A stretch of DNA of 64,000 nt from an uncultured Methanoregulaceae archaeon (GCA_963701095.1 OY969564.1:1312001-1376000), one strand, 5' to 3'. Positions 21,461-30,973 are shown, counted from the stretch's first letter. Notes: generated from the sequence alone by a model not told the origin. Translations and numbers: made by a program.

Positions 21461-22400
21461 ACAGACCCGCCGCCTCAATCCCCCGGTTCCCCCAGAGCAC
21501 TGCACCTAACGCACCAATCCTTCCCTTTCTACCGTTCCTGTCAAGAAACTCGACACCCAGCCTCCGGGCTTCCCGCTCAGTATCTTCAAGAGCAACAATC
21601 TCGGTTTTGATAGTCTTATGCATCGGGGACTCCTCAACTGTCCCAATTCCTCGGACCACTGCAATTCCGGTATCATTCGAGAACGTATGCTCTTCTATAA
21701 ATGAGCGAACAAATTCGCAAAGCGGCCCAGTGCTCCCAGGACGGGTGGCGAAATTGAGTGCGGAACACACGCAGTTTGTAGTTTTATGAGGGACTGCAGG
21801 GTTAAGCTGGACAAGACGCATACCGAGGAATTCCACACCTTTGATACGACATGCTTCAGCACATTTGAGTGCTGTAACCCATGTCGCACCTTCCTGTTTG
21901 GTATCCGTATCGTCAATGCCGAAACAAACTTTCTCGTACCGGGGGGTTACGATTCTCACGTGATTTATCCGGGCGCCGCCTATTTTCAGATCATCTTCGG
22001 AGGGATATTCCGACCGGAGGACTCCAGGAGCCTGCGGAAGGCATGCAGCAATGCCGACACCGGCACCGGCAATTCCCACCCAGGTTGTCATGACCTCGTC
22101 ATCTTTTACTTCAACTGCTTCCAGTGCCTGTCCCCCAATCGTTTCCGACGCTGCCCCGAAGTTGATCGCATGTCTGCCGAAGCGTGCCCTCATCGTCATC
22201 ATTTTTCCTTCAACATTGCACGCGATCATTGCACCACCTGCACGAGATCGGTTCATGGCATCCCACTCTATTGTTCCCCGGGCATGGCACTGCTCAAGAA
22301 TTTCAGCAAGCCCTGTCTTTTCGTCGACCATTACCAAAAATTTCTTCGAGAAAAGCTGGCCAAACCGTTGCTTGACATCATCCGGAGTAAGTATGATCAT
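21444..22400 (-). CDS. Methanogenesis marker 11-like (TiaS-like domain), paralogue 2
   Basis: GIAGAGVG.AAC, FGIDDTDTKQEGATW, RLVQLNPAVPHKTTNC, GRIGALGA. Confidence 0.75.
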   Translation of the reverse strand: MIILTPDDVKQRFGQLFSKKFLVMVDEKTGLAEILEQCHARGTIEWDAMNRSRAGGAMIACNVEGKMMTMRARFGRHAINFGAASETIGGQALEAVEVKDDEVMTTWVGIAGAGVGIAACLPQAPGVLRSEYPSEDDLKIGGARINHVRIVTPRYEKVCFGIDDTDTKQEGATWVTALKCAEACRIKGVEFLGMRLVQLNPAVPHKTTNCVCSALNFATRPGSTGPLCEFVRSFIEEHTFSNDTGIAVVRGIGTVEESPMHKTIKTEIVALEDTEREARRLGVEFLDRNGRKGRIGALGAVLWGNRGIEAAGLYGEHL

Positions 22401-22482
22401 ATTATCGCCGAAATTTTCGTTAACAAATCTATCGGCAATAACACTATTTATAGGATTCTATTTTGCCGAAAAAAGAGAGGAA

Positions 22483-23367
22483 TTAAAGAACGTTGGAAAG
22501 TTCGATCTTGAACGGTCCAAGAGTGCCGCCAAAATTACCAGCCGAGATAAATTTTATGCCGGGAACTTGCACTGCAGCCTTGATACCTGCTCCCATCGCA
22601 GCAGCCACACTTTTCTCATCGATACCATCGATAACAATTTCATAGACTGCTTTGACACCGGCGGGAACCTTGCTGTCCGAAACTTTCTCACGGAGTGTGG
22701 GACAGTATTTCTCATTAGTCGATGCAGTCATGAATTTGTACTTCAGACTACCGACCTTTGACCCGCTTGCCACGATGCCCCCGGGGAAACTTGTAATGAC
22801 ACCTTTTACATCCGCGATGGCATCCGATGCCGCTTGGGCTGCCATGAGCGCTGCCATCTGGTTCTCTCCCATGATAAAGAAGTTACCACCGGCAACACCT
22901 TTTACAATGCCAAATTCTTCTTCGCCGATATATTCGCCGTTCATGATCGGGATCACCCAGCATTTCCTGCCACCAACTTCTTTCTGATACTCGTACCCGT
23001 CACCAAAGAAATGGAGTTTTACCGGGATCTTTTCCTCAGCAGTGGTGATACCGTTGAATACTGCTGTAGTAGGTGCAGTTAGTACGCATTCGGCAAGACG
23101 TTCGACGACCTGCTCTTTGAGTTTCTTCTTGCTTGCACAGATGAGAATCGAAACGCCCGGCCTTCCATCGGGCGTCTCGCTGCCGGAAAGGACGCTCTCA
23201 ATACCTGCTTCGCAAGGGCAGCCAATCGCAGATGTCGCAAAACCGGTGGCTTCCGTTGCCGCCTTAAGTGCCCAGTCTTTTGTTACTGCGGTGATAATAA
23301 CCCGGCAGACCCAGGTAGGGAATGCCTCCGCGTAGGTGTTGTCAATTGTTACGCCATTAATTTCCAT
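22483..23367 (-). CDS. ftr: Formylmethanofuran:tetrahydromethanopterin formyltransferase
   Basis: MEINGVTIDNTYAEAF, ATGFATS.IGCPCEAG, TPDGRPG, AGGNF, GSKVGS, SAGNFGG.LG. Confidence 0.97.
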   Translation of the reverse strand: MEINGVTIDNTYAEAFPTWVCRVIITAVTKDWALKAATEATGFATSAIGCPCEAGIESVLSGSETPDGRPGVSILICASKKKLKEQVVERLAECVLTAPTTAVFNGITTAEEKIPVKLHFFGDGYEYQKEVGGRKCWVIPIMNGEYIGEEEFGIVKGVAGGNFFIMGENQMAALMAAQAASDAIADVKGVITSFPGGIVASGSKVGSLKYKFMTASTNEKYCPTLREKVSDSKVPAGVKAVYEIVIDGIDEKSVAAAMGAGIKAAVQVPGIKFISAGNFGGTLGPFKIELSNVL

Positions 23368-23601
23368 ACTATCATTACCTCAGGTATTTACCAAAAGTAC
23401 CTTGATTCTTAGTGGATAAATTTTCTCATTTGTTCGTGATGTATCTAAGAGCGCACCGGAATTGCACTAAAAAGTATACCACTCGTACTTAACTTGAACT
23501 GTGTGCTTATAAATAAAAATTAAAAAAAATTAATAAAACTACCGGGTTGGAGCGATATATTTCAGAACATTTATCTAGCTACTTTTACCACTCTTTTGAT
23601 A

Positions 23602-23619
23602 ATCGATTTTGAAATCGAT
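23602..23619. promoter_or_regulatory. Perfect 8-bp inverted repeat downstream of the putative TATA box of the fwdG/F-hdr operon
   Basis: ATCGATTT-TG-AAATCGAT, about 25-30 nt after TTTATCTA (23570-23577). Confidence 0.45.
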
Positions 23620-23639
23620 CATAGCTGGTGCGTGAACCA

Positions 23640-23909
23640 ATGGCATTTGAAGTGCAGATCAATTCCGGTAAACGCACCGGCTGTAACAATGGTGTTGTTG
23701 CATGTCCTGTGGACGCGCTGGAACTTTACACGGTGGTTCCGGAGCCAATTGTAAATATCTGCACAAACCGGGATGAAGTAGCGATAATCCCGGGCCTCAA
23801 AAATGTGCTCCTAACCGCCGGGTGCGGTGAATGCGTCCAGACGTGTCCGCATGATATTATCAGGCTGACAGGGCCCTGGGAAACCAGAGCAAAGGCAAAG
23901 GTGCAATAG
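23640..23909 (+). CDS. fwdG: FwdG-like ferredoxin with degenerate Fe-S motifs
   Basis: Position before fwdF; RTGCNNGVVACP and TAGCGECVQTCP are CxxCxxCxxxCP motifs missing three Cys in total. Confidence 0.6.
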   Translation: MAFEVQINSGKRTGCNNGVVACPVDALELYTVVPEPIVNICTNRDEVAIIPGLKNVLLTAGCGECVQTCPHDIIRLTGPWETRAKAKVQ

Positions 23910-23932
23910 AGGAACAGCGTGAGGGTTATTTC

Positions 23933-25106
23933 ATGGCATTGTTTCCAAAGTTTTCCAAAAAGAGGGATGGTGTCAACGTTGTGATGGAGCAGCGTCTCCT
24001 CCAGAACGTGAACAACCTGATTTTGAATTCAGAGACCTGCACGGGATGCGGTATCTGCGTCGAGTCGTGTCCTGAGGATGCTATTGTCCTCGGACTTGTC
24101 GGTGCAGCCCGCCGGGGTGCCATTAATTATGCGACGCCGGTCGATATAGACGAGACTAAGTGCTCGGTACTGCGGTGTTTGTGTCATAATGTGCCCATTC
24201 AATGCATTGACTCTGAAAGTTGACAATCAGGAGCGGCTTCCCATAGTTGAAAAAGAGGGATTCCCGCAGTATGACATGAAGGCAGAGATTGATGAAGAAA
24301 AATGCGTAAGGTGCACGATTTGTGAAGAGGTCTGCCCGCGTGACGCAATCGATCGTAATGTTCCTGCATACGAAGGGACCTATAAGGGACCGGTTGCCGG
24401 AGCAAAGGATCGCCAGACGGCACTTACAGCAAAGACCACCTTTACGGTAGATAAGGAGAAATGCACTCTGTGCGGTATCTGTGGTGCACTCTGTCCTGCC
24501 ATAAGGGTCAAGCATAAGGAATTTACTGCTGCGAGTGGAAAAGTCGAGGGCGATGTGATCTGGGATGAGACCAAGTGTGACGCATGCAAAGTGTGTGTAG
24601 AAGCCTGCCCTGAAGAATGCATCACCGTTGAACGCGAGGTCATCTCGGATAAGGTAAGTGGCAAAGTCACCATTATACAAGATAACTGCTGCACATGCAC
24701 GTGGTGCTCGCGCAATTGCCCAACTGAGGCAATTACGGTCGAGAAAATCTTTGAAGGCGATATAGAGTTCCATGCGGAAAAATGTCCCGGTGGTTGCTCG
24801 ACCTGCGCAGAAATATGTCCAGCAAATGCGATCTATCTTCCAAGTGAGAAACCAGCAGCAGAGATGGGGCACAATATTGAACCCACCATCGCAGTTAACA
24901 AGGATTATTGCATTCTGTGCGGTGCCTGTGTTGATGCTTGCCCCGGTGAAGACATTATCGTGCTTCAACGTACTGGTATCCGGATGAAAGGCACGGAAAC
25001 TGATCTCTTCAAGAAGATCAAGGAGAAGCTCTTTACGAAGAGAACCTCGAAGGTGAAGGAAGGTATTGCCGGTCAGGTCGGACTAAAAATGATGGAGAAG
25101 GCGTGA
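23933..25106 (+). CDS. fwdF: Formylmethanofuran dehydrogenase polyferredoxin subunit F; frameshift near 24166
   Basis: Eight CxxCxxCxxxCP-type motifs across two frames; removing one G restores KCSYCGVCVIMCPF. Confidence 0.9.
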
Positions 25107-25118
25107 GGGAGGACGAGT

Positions 25119-25700
25119 ATGGCAAAAACAAAAGGTTACCCGGAAGCGCTGGAGAAAAAACTCCACGATCAGCGGTATTACCGTGAAGACTCGAATCCTG
25201 ACTTTATTAAGAAAGTCGAAGGGAGTTCACGAACCATCGCCCATATGTGCTATCAGTGCGGCACCTGCACCGGCTCGTGTCCTTCTGCACCTAGAAGTAC
25301 CTACCGTATCCGCAAATTCATGCGGAGAGCTGTTCTTGGGCTTGAGAATGAAGCGCTCACCGATCCAGATCTCTGGCTCTGCACCACGTGTTACAGCTGC
25401 ACCGACCGTTGCCCCCGTGACATTGCACCCACTGATGTTATAATGTCCATGAGGAACATGGCATTCACCCGCGATATTATACCGGTGAACTTCCTCAAGA
25501 CCGTGCAGGCAATCTATAGTTCCGGCCACGGTGTGCCCAATAATGACGTTAACCGTGCAGCCCGGGAAAAACTCGGACTCACTCGCGACCCGCCGACCAC
25601 TCATATGTACCCTGAATACATGCCGGCCATCAGGAAGATCATCGACCACTACAACCTCAAGGCAAATGCCGACCGGATTGTCAAGGAACGGGAGGGATAA
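25119..25700 (+). CDS. hdrC: Heterodisulfide reductase subunit C
   Basis: CYQCGTCTGSCPS and LWLCTTCYSCTDRCPR. Confidence 0.95.
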   Translation: MAKTKGYPEALEKKLHDQRYYREDSNPDFIKKVEGSSRTIAHMCYQCGTCTGSCPSAPRSTYRIRKFMRRAVLGLENEALTDPDLWLCTTCYSCTDRCPRDIAPTDVIMSMRNMAFTRDIIPVNFLKTVQAIYSSGHGVPNNDVNRAAREKLGLTRDPPTTHMYPEYMPAIRKIIDHYNLKANADRIVKEREG

Positions 25701-25706
25701 GAGAGC

Positions 25707-26630
25707 ATGTCAGAATCCAAAGCTAACCATACGTTCGCGTTATACCTTGGCTGTATTGCACCGAACCGGTACCCGGGTGTAGAATCCGCGTCCATCAAAG
25801 GATTCAAGAAACTGGGTATCGATCTGGTCCCCCTCAAGGGAGCAAGCTGCTGCCCGGCCCCCGGTGCGTTCGGTTCCATCGATCTGAATGTTTTTTACGC
25901 TATGGCGGCACGCAACCTTGTACTCGCCGAACAAATGAAGACTGATATTGCCCTGGTCTGCAACGGCTGCTACAAGTCAATCTGGGAAGTTAACCACAAA
26001 CTCAAACACAACAAGGATCTCCGCGATAATGTCAACGAAGTACTCAAAGAAGTTGACATGGAGTTCAAGGGAACTATCAACGTCTATCACGTTGCCGAGC
26101 TTCTCTATAACGACAAATTTGCAGGAGTCGCTAAAATCAAGGACACTGTGGTAAATCCATTGACCGGTGCACGTATTGCCGTCCACTACGGCTGCCACCT
26201 TACCAAACCCCACAAGGACCGGGAGTTTGAAAAGGAGGTCATGTTAAACACCGAGTGTCCGACTTGGATGGAAGAGCTCGTCGCAGCCATTGGTGCAACA
26301 CCGGTTGAGTACCGCAACAAGATGCAGTGCTGCGGCGCCGGTGGTGGCGTCCGCGGTTACGATATCGTCCACTCGCTGGATATTACCAACGAGAAGCTGA
26401 TCAACCTTAAAGAAGCAAAGGTGGATGCATTAACCGATATCTGCCCATTCTGCCAGCTCCAGTTCGACCGCGGCCAGATCGAGATCAAGGAGAAATTCGG
26501 TGTAGAGTACAATTTACCAGTACTGCATTTTGCAGAGCTCCTCGGTCTTGCACAGGGAATGAGCCCACAGGAACTCGGGCTTGACCTGCACGGAATCAGC
26601 TGCGAACCATTCCTGCAGAAGGTGCTGTGA
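25707..26630 (+). CDS. hdrB: Heterodisulfide reductase subunit B
   Basis: LGCIAPNRYPG, SCCPAPG, CNGCY, HYGCH, CCGAGGG, CPFCQLQFD (two CCG domains). Confidence 0.96.
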   Translation: MSESKANHTFALYLGCIAPNRYPGVESASIKGFKKLGIDLVPLKGASCCPAPGAFGSIDLNVFYAMAARNLVLAEQMKTDIALVCNGCYKSIWEVNHKLKHNKDLRDNVNEVLKEVDMEFKGTINVYHVAELLYNDKFAGVAKIKDTVVNPLTGARIAVHYGCHLTKPHKDREFEKEVMLNTECPTWMEELVAAIGATPVEYRNKMQCCGAGGGVRGYDIVHSLDITNEKLINLKEAKVDALTDICPFCQLQFDRGQIEIKEKFGVEYNLPVLHFAELLGLAQGMSPQELGLDLHGISCEPFLQKVL

Positions 26631-26640
26631 GGTGGTAAAG

Positions 26641-28806
26641 ATGGTCGAAAAGAAGAAAACAACTACCAAAAAGACCGAGACCAAGAAACAGGATACCAAA
26701 AAGCAGGAAACTAAAAAGGAGGCTCCCGTGAAACAGGTAGTTAAGAACCAGGATCCCGCACCGGTCGCAAAATCTGTCTCAGCACCAGGTTCAACAACGA
26801 AACAGGAAGCACGTATCGGTGTCTTCATCTGTCACTGTGGAACCAATATCGCCGGGTCAATGGATATCCCGGCCGTGGAGGAATATGCAAAGACCCTCCC
26901 GAACGTAGCCTATGTTGACAATTACAAGTACATGTGCTCGATGCCAGGGCAGGCTGTGATCAGTAAGGCAGTCAAGGAGAACCACCTTACCGGTGTCGTA
27001 GTTTCTGCATGCTCGCCCCGTCTTCACGAGCCGACCTTCAGGACTGCGACAAAGGAAGCCGGCCTGAACCCGTTCCGGTTCGAAATGGCAAACATCCGTG
27101 AGCAGAACTCGTGGGTGCACATGCACGACCGTGAAGGTTCAACCGAAAAGGCCAAGGATGCGATCAGGATAGCAGTAGCAAAGGCAGCACTTCTTCAGGA
27201 TCTCTTCCCGAAGACCGTGCCCGTTGAGAAAGCGGCGATGGTCGTCGGCGCAGGTGTCGCAGGTATGCAAGCAGCCCTTGACCTTGCAGCAGCAGGTATC
27301 AAGACCTACCTCATTGAATCCGATATGAGCATCGGTGGGCGCATGTCCCAGCTCGACAAAACTTTCCCGACACTAGACTGTTCGCAATGTATCCTTACTC
27401 CGAAGATGGTGGATGTCGGCAGAAGCGATATGATCGAACTCATGACCTGGTCCGAAGTCCATGAAGTCGAAGGGTATATCGGTAACTTCGATGTTACCAT
27501 CCGCAAGAAAGCACGTGGTGTGTTGACACCCAAGGAAGCGGAAGCTCGTGGTATTATCGGCGGCGGCTGTAACGGTTGTGGTGACTGTGAGACAGTCTGC
27601 CCGGTTATCAAGCCCAACGAGTTCGAAGTCGGCATGAAGCCGAGGAAGGCTATCTACATCAATCACCCACAGGTAGTCCCCCTTCTGTATACGATTGACT
27701 TTAATTCCTGCATCAAATGCGGACTGTGTGTGACCGCTTGTGGTCCCGAGAAGAAGGCAATCGACCTCGAATCAAAGGACGAATTTATCAAGGTCAAGGT
27801 AGGAACAGCAATCCTTGCCACGGGTTACGATATCTTCCCCATCGAGAAAAAAGAGGAATGGGGATACAAGCGGTTCGAGAACGTCATCACGAGCCTCGAA
27901 TTCGAACGGCTCATCTGTGCATCCGGCCCAACCGGCGGTCAGCTCATCCGCCCGAGCGATGGTAAGACCCCCAAACGCGTGGCCTTCGTACTCTGTGCAG
28001 GATCGCGTGACAACACCGGTATCGGAAAACCCTATTGTTCCCGGTTCTGTTGCATGTACTCATTAAAGCACGCGCACCAGATCGCCGAGAAGATCCCCGG
28101 ATGCATTCCCTATATCTTCTATATGGATATCCGTTCGTTCGGCAAAGCCTACGAGGAATTCTACTACCGCATACAAGACGAAGGGACAAAGTTCATCCGC
28201 GGACGCGTGGCAAACATCCTCGAAGACTCCAAGACCAAGAACCTCCACGTCTATGCCGATGATACCCTTCTTGACCGCCCGGTCGATATGGAAGTAGATC
28301 TTGTCGTACTCGCCGCCGCAATCGAGCCAAAAACAGATACAAACAGGACCAGGAAACTCTTCGGTGTCTCCTGCTCAATGGATGGATGGCTCCTTGAGGC
28401 ACACCCGAAGCTCAACCCGTGCGGAACCACCACAGCCGGTGTCTTCCTTGCTGGTGTTTGCCAGGGTCCCAAAGATATCCCTGACACGGTAGCATCTGCG
28501 GAAGGTGCAGCATCCGCGGCAAGTATCCCGATTCACAAGGGAGAAGTGGAACTCGAACCGTACTTTGCAACCTGTATTGAGGAGAAATGTGCCGGCTGCG
28601 GTATGTGCGTGAACCTCTGCCCCTATAGCGCTCTTGCGCTCGTGGAAAAAGACGGAAGAACTGTCATGCAGGTTACCGAGGCCAAATGTAAAGGCTGCGG
28701 GACCTGCGGAGGATTCTGTCCTGGTGGCGCAATCTGGATGAACCATTTTGCAACACCGCAGATCGTTGCGCAGATCGATGCGTTCCTGCTCGGAGGTGAG
28801 CAGTAA
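26641..28806 (+). CDS. hdrA: Heterodisulfide reductase subunit A (flavin-bifurcating) with Lys-rich N-terminal extension
   Basis: RIGVFICHCGTNIAG, CSPRLHE, GAGVAG, LDKTFPTLDCSQCIL (Cys, not Sec), YCSRFCCMY, C-terminal ferredoxin; RBS GAGGTGG before ATG 26641. Confidence 0.97.
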   Translation: MVEKKKTTTKKTETKKQDTKKQETKKEAPVKQVVKNQDPAPVAKSVSAPGSTTKQEARIGVFICHCGTNIAGSMDIPAVEEYAKTLPNVAYVDNYKYMCSMPGQAVISKAVKENHLTGVVVSACSPRLHEPTFRTATKEAGLNPFRFEMANIREQNSWVHMHDREGSTEKAKDAIRIAVAKAALLQDLFPKTVPVEKAAMVVGAGVAGMQAALDLAAAGIKTYLIESDMSIGGRMSQLDKTFPTLDCSQCILTPKMVDVGRSDMIELMTWSEVHEVEGYIGNFDVTIRKKARGVLTPKEAEARGIIGGGCNGCGDCETVCPVIKPNEFEVGMKPRKAIYINHPQVVPLLYTIDFNSCIKCGLCVTACGPEKKAIDLESKDEFIKVKVGTAILATGYDIFPIEKKEEWGYKRFENVITSLEFERLICASGPTGGQLIRPSDGKTPKRVAFVLCAGSRDNTGIGKPYCSRFCCMYSLKHAHQIAEKIPGCIPYIFYMDIRSFGKAYEEFYYRIQDEGTKFIRGRVANILEDSKTKNLHVYADDTLLDRPVDMEVDLVVLAAAIEPKTDTNRTRKLFGVSCSMDGWLLEAHPKLNPCGTTTAGVFLAGVCQGPKDIPDTVASAEGAASAASIPIHKGEVELEPYFATCIEEKCAGCGMCVNLCPYSALALVEKDGRTVMQVTEAKCKGCGTCGGFCPGGAIWMNHFATPQIVAQIDAFLLGGEQ

Positions 28807-29261
28807 ATGTCAGCACCTGGCGACTTTAAAATCCCAGAAAGAGGCCCCGGATACTGGCAACCCAAGATCCTCGGTATGGTCTGCAACTGGTGTTCCTACG
28901 CAGGAGCGGATCTCGCTGGTGGCGGACGTATCCAGTACCCCCGGATATAAGAATTATCCGTGTCATGTGCACCGGTCGTTTCGACTCCCTCTTTGTTCTC
29001 AAGGCATTTGCCGATGGGGCGGACGGCGTACTCATCTCCGGATGTCACTTTGGAGATTGCCATTATCTTGAAGGCAACTTCAAGTCGGCAAAGAGAATGT
29101 TCATGGTAAAAAGGCTTATGAAGAGCATCGGCCTTGACGACCGACGGTTCCGGATGACGTTTGTCTCTGCATCAGAAGGTGCAAAATGGGCAAAAGTCGT
29201 TACCGACGTTGTAAATACCGTCACGGAGCTCGGGCCAAGCCCGCTTACGGAAAACAAATAA
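28807..29261 (+). CDS. mvhD: MvhD [2Fe-2S] subunit; frameshift in the C-run at 28938-28942
   Basis: [10 protein letters not shown], then RVMCTGR and GCHFGDCHY in the next frame; adding one C restores RIQYPPDIR. Confidence 0.93.
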
Positions 29262-29484
29262 ACAGACAAACCTTTGCAAACTCTGTCAAAAACCAATATT
29301 TTTTATAAGAAGCGCATCGAAAAACGAGTGTTTTTTCTATTTTTCATATCAAAAATTGTTACGTTATTAAAAAAACGTCACACTGCGTAAAATAAAGAAA
29401 GCGCAGATATATGTTATATTTGAACATTCCTTCATTTTTATGTAATATTTTTTAAGTAGTATAAAATGATTTTACGAGATAAAA

Positions 29485-29500
29485 TCGGAACCCTTATAAG
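29485..29500 (+). promoter_or_regulatory. Putative BRE/TATA promoter of the mcr operon
   Basis: GGAACCCTTATAAG about 145 nt upstream of mcrB, in an AT-rich intergenic region. Confidence 0.5.
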
Positions 29501-29643
29501 GGGAAATTGGGAATTAATCAATGTCCCGATTAAGGGGACGTGCAATAGTGACTTTCATTCATTACCAGTGACTTCTGTTAGTGACTACCAGTGTTCAGAA
29601 ATCGTACGGTATAGCATTTATAACCAGATTTGGAGGAAATTAC

Positions 29644-30957
29644 ATGGCAAAATATAAAGATGCAATCGACCTCTATGACGATGAGGGGAAGCTCTTAAAG
29701 AGCAACGTCACCATCGACAAGATCAGCCCGCTGGTCAACAAAGGCGCAGCTGGTATCATTGACCTCACCAAGAGGACTGTGGCAGTTAACCTCGCCGGTA
29801 TCGAGGAAGCACTCAAGACCGGTAAGATGGGCGGCAAGTCCAACCAGATTCTTGGTCGCAGCATGAACTGCAGCGTTGTCAAGGACTGCGATGCGATCTC
29901 GGCCAAGATCAAGGACATGGTCCAGGTCACCGATGGCGACAACACCAAGATCACCAAGATCGGCGGCGGCAAGATGCTCCTTGTCGAGGTTCCGAGCGCT
30001 CGCCTGGACGCAGCAGCAACTTATGATGCAGCATCCACATCTGTGGCAGCGGCAACCACCTATGCACTGATCGACCAGTACAAGGTCGGCATGTTCGATG
30101 GCTCTTACGTCAAAAGTGCTGTCTGGGGTACCTACCCGCAGACAATGGACATGCAGGGCGGCAACGTCGTTTCCATCCTGTCCATTCCGCAGAACAACGA
30201 AGGTCTCGGCTATGCGCTGCGCAACATCCCGGCAAACCATGCGGTCATGATGACCCACCGGAATGCAATGCAGGGTGCGGCACTCTGTGCCACCTTTGAG
30301 CAGGCCGGAGAGTTCGAAATGGGTGCAGCAATCGGCCCGTTCGAACGCGCCCAGCTCCTTCTTTACGCATACCAGGGCTTAAATGCAAACAACATTGTCT
30401 ACAGCCTCGTTAAGGAGAACGGCAAGACCGGTACCATCGGTACTGTCGTACAGAGCCTCGTCGAGCGTGCCATTGAGGACAAGGTCATCAAGGCAGGCAA
30501 GAAAGGCAAGAGCGGCTATATCTTCTACGAGACCAAGGACCCGATGATGTGGAACGCCTATGCATCAGCAGGCACCCTTGCAGCAACCATGGTTAACTGT
30601 GGTGCTGGACGGTTTGCCCAGGCAGTATCTGCAACCCTGCTTTACTTCAACGATCTGCTCGAGCACGAGACCGGCCTGCCCGGCTCTGACTTCGGCCGCG
30701 CGATGGGTGTTGCAGTCGGGTTCTCGTTCTTCAGCCACTCAATCTATGGTGGCGGCGGCCCCGGCGGATTCAACGGTAACCACGTCGTTACCCGTCACGC
30801 AGCCGGTGTCGGTATGCCCTGTATCGTAGCAGCATGCGCACTGGATGCAGGCACCCAGATGTTCGGACCTGAGGCAACCTCAAAGGTCTACCAGGACACC
30901 TTCGGGCAGCTTGACGCATTCAAGAAGCCAATCCAGGCGATCGCAAAGGGTGTATAA
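29644..30957 (+). CDS. mcrB: Methyl-coenzyme M reductase beta subunit
   Basis: MAKYKDAIDLYDD, NNEGLGYALRNI, SFFSHSIYGGGGPG; RBS GGAGG. Confidence 0.98.
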   Translation: MAKYKDAIDLYDDEGKLLKSNVTIDKISPLVNKGAAGIIDLTKRTVAVNLAGIEEALKTGKMGGKSNQILGRSMNCSVVKDCDAISAKIKDMVQVTDGDNTKITKIGGGKMLLVEVPSARLDAAATYDAASTSVAAATTYALIDQYKVGMFDGSYVKSAVWGTYPQTMDMQGGNVVSILSIPQNNEGLGYALRNIPANHAVMMTHRNAMQGAALCATFEQAGEFEMGAAIGPFERAQLLLYAYQGLNANNIVYSLVKENGKTGTIGTVVQSLVERAIEDKVIKAGKKGKSGYIFYETKDPMMWNAYASAGTLAATMVNCGAGRFAQAVSATLLYFNDLLEHETGLPGSDFGRAMGVAVGFSFFSHSIYGGGGPGGFNGNHVVTRHAAGVGMPCIVAACALDAGTQMFGPEATSKVYQDTFGQLDAFKKPIQAIAKGV

Positions 30958-30973
30958 ACCCTCCAGGATACGA

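Noticed and set aside
21444..22400. True tRNA(Ile2) agmatidine synthetase TiaS
   Set aside because: The GIDDTD domain is C-terminal here, and no OB-fold or CxxC Zn-ribbon tRNA-binding region is evident.
26641..29261. Selenocysteine or pyrrolysine recoding in hdrA/mvhD
   Set aside because: The relevant positions are Cys codons; the mvhD break is an indel, not an in-frame TGA or TAG.
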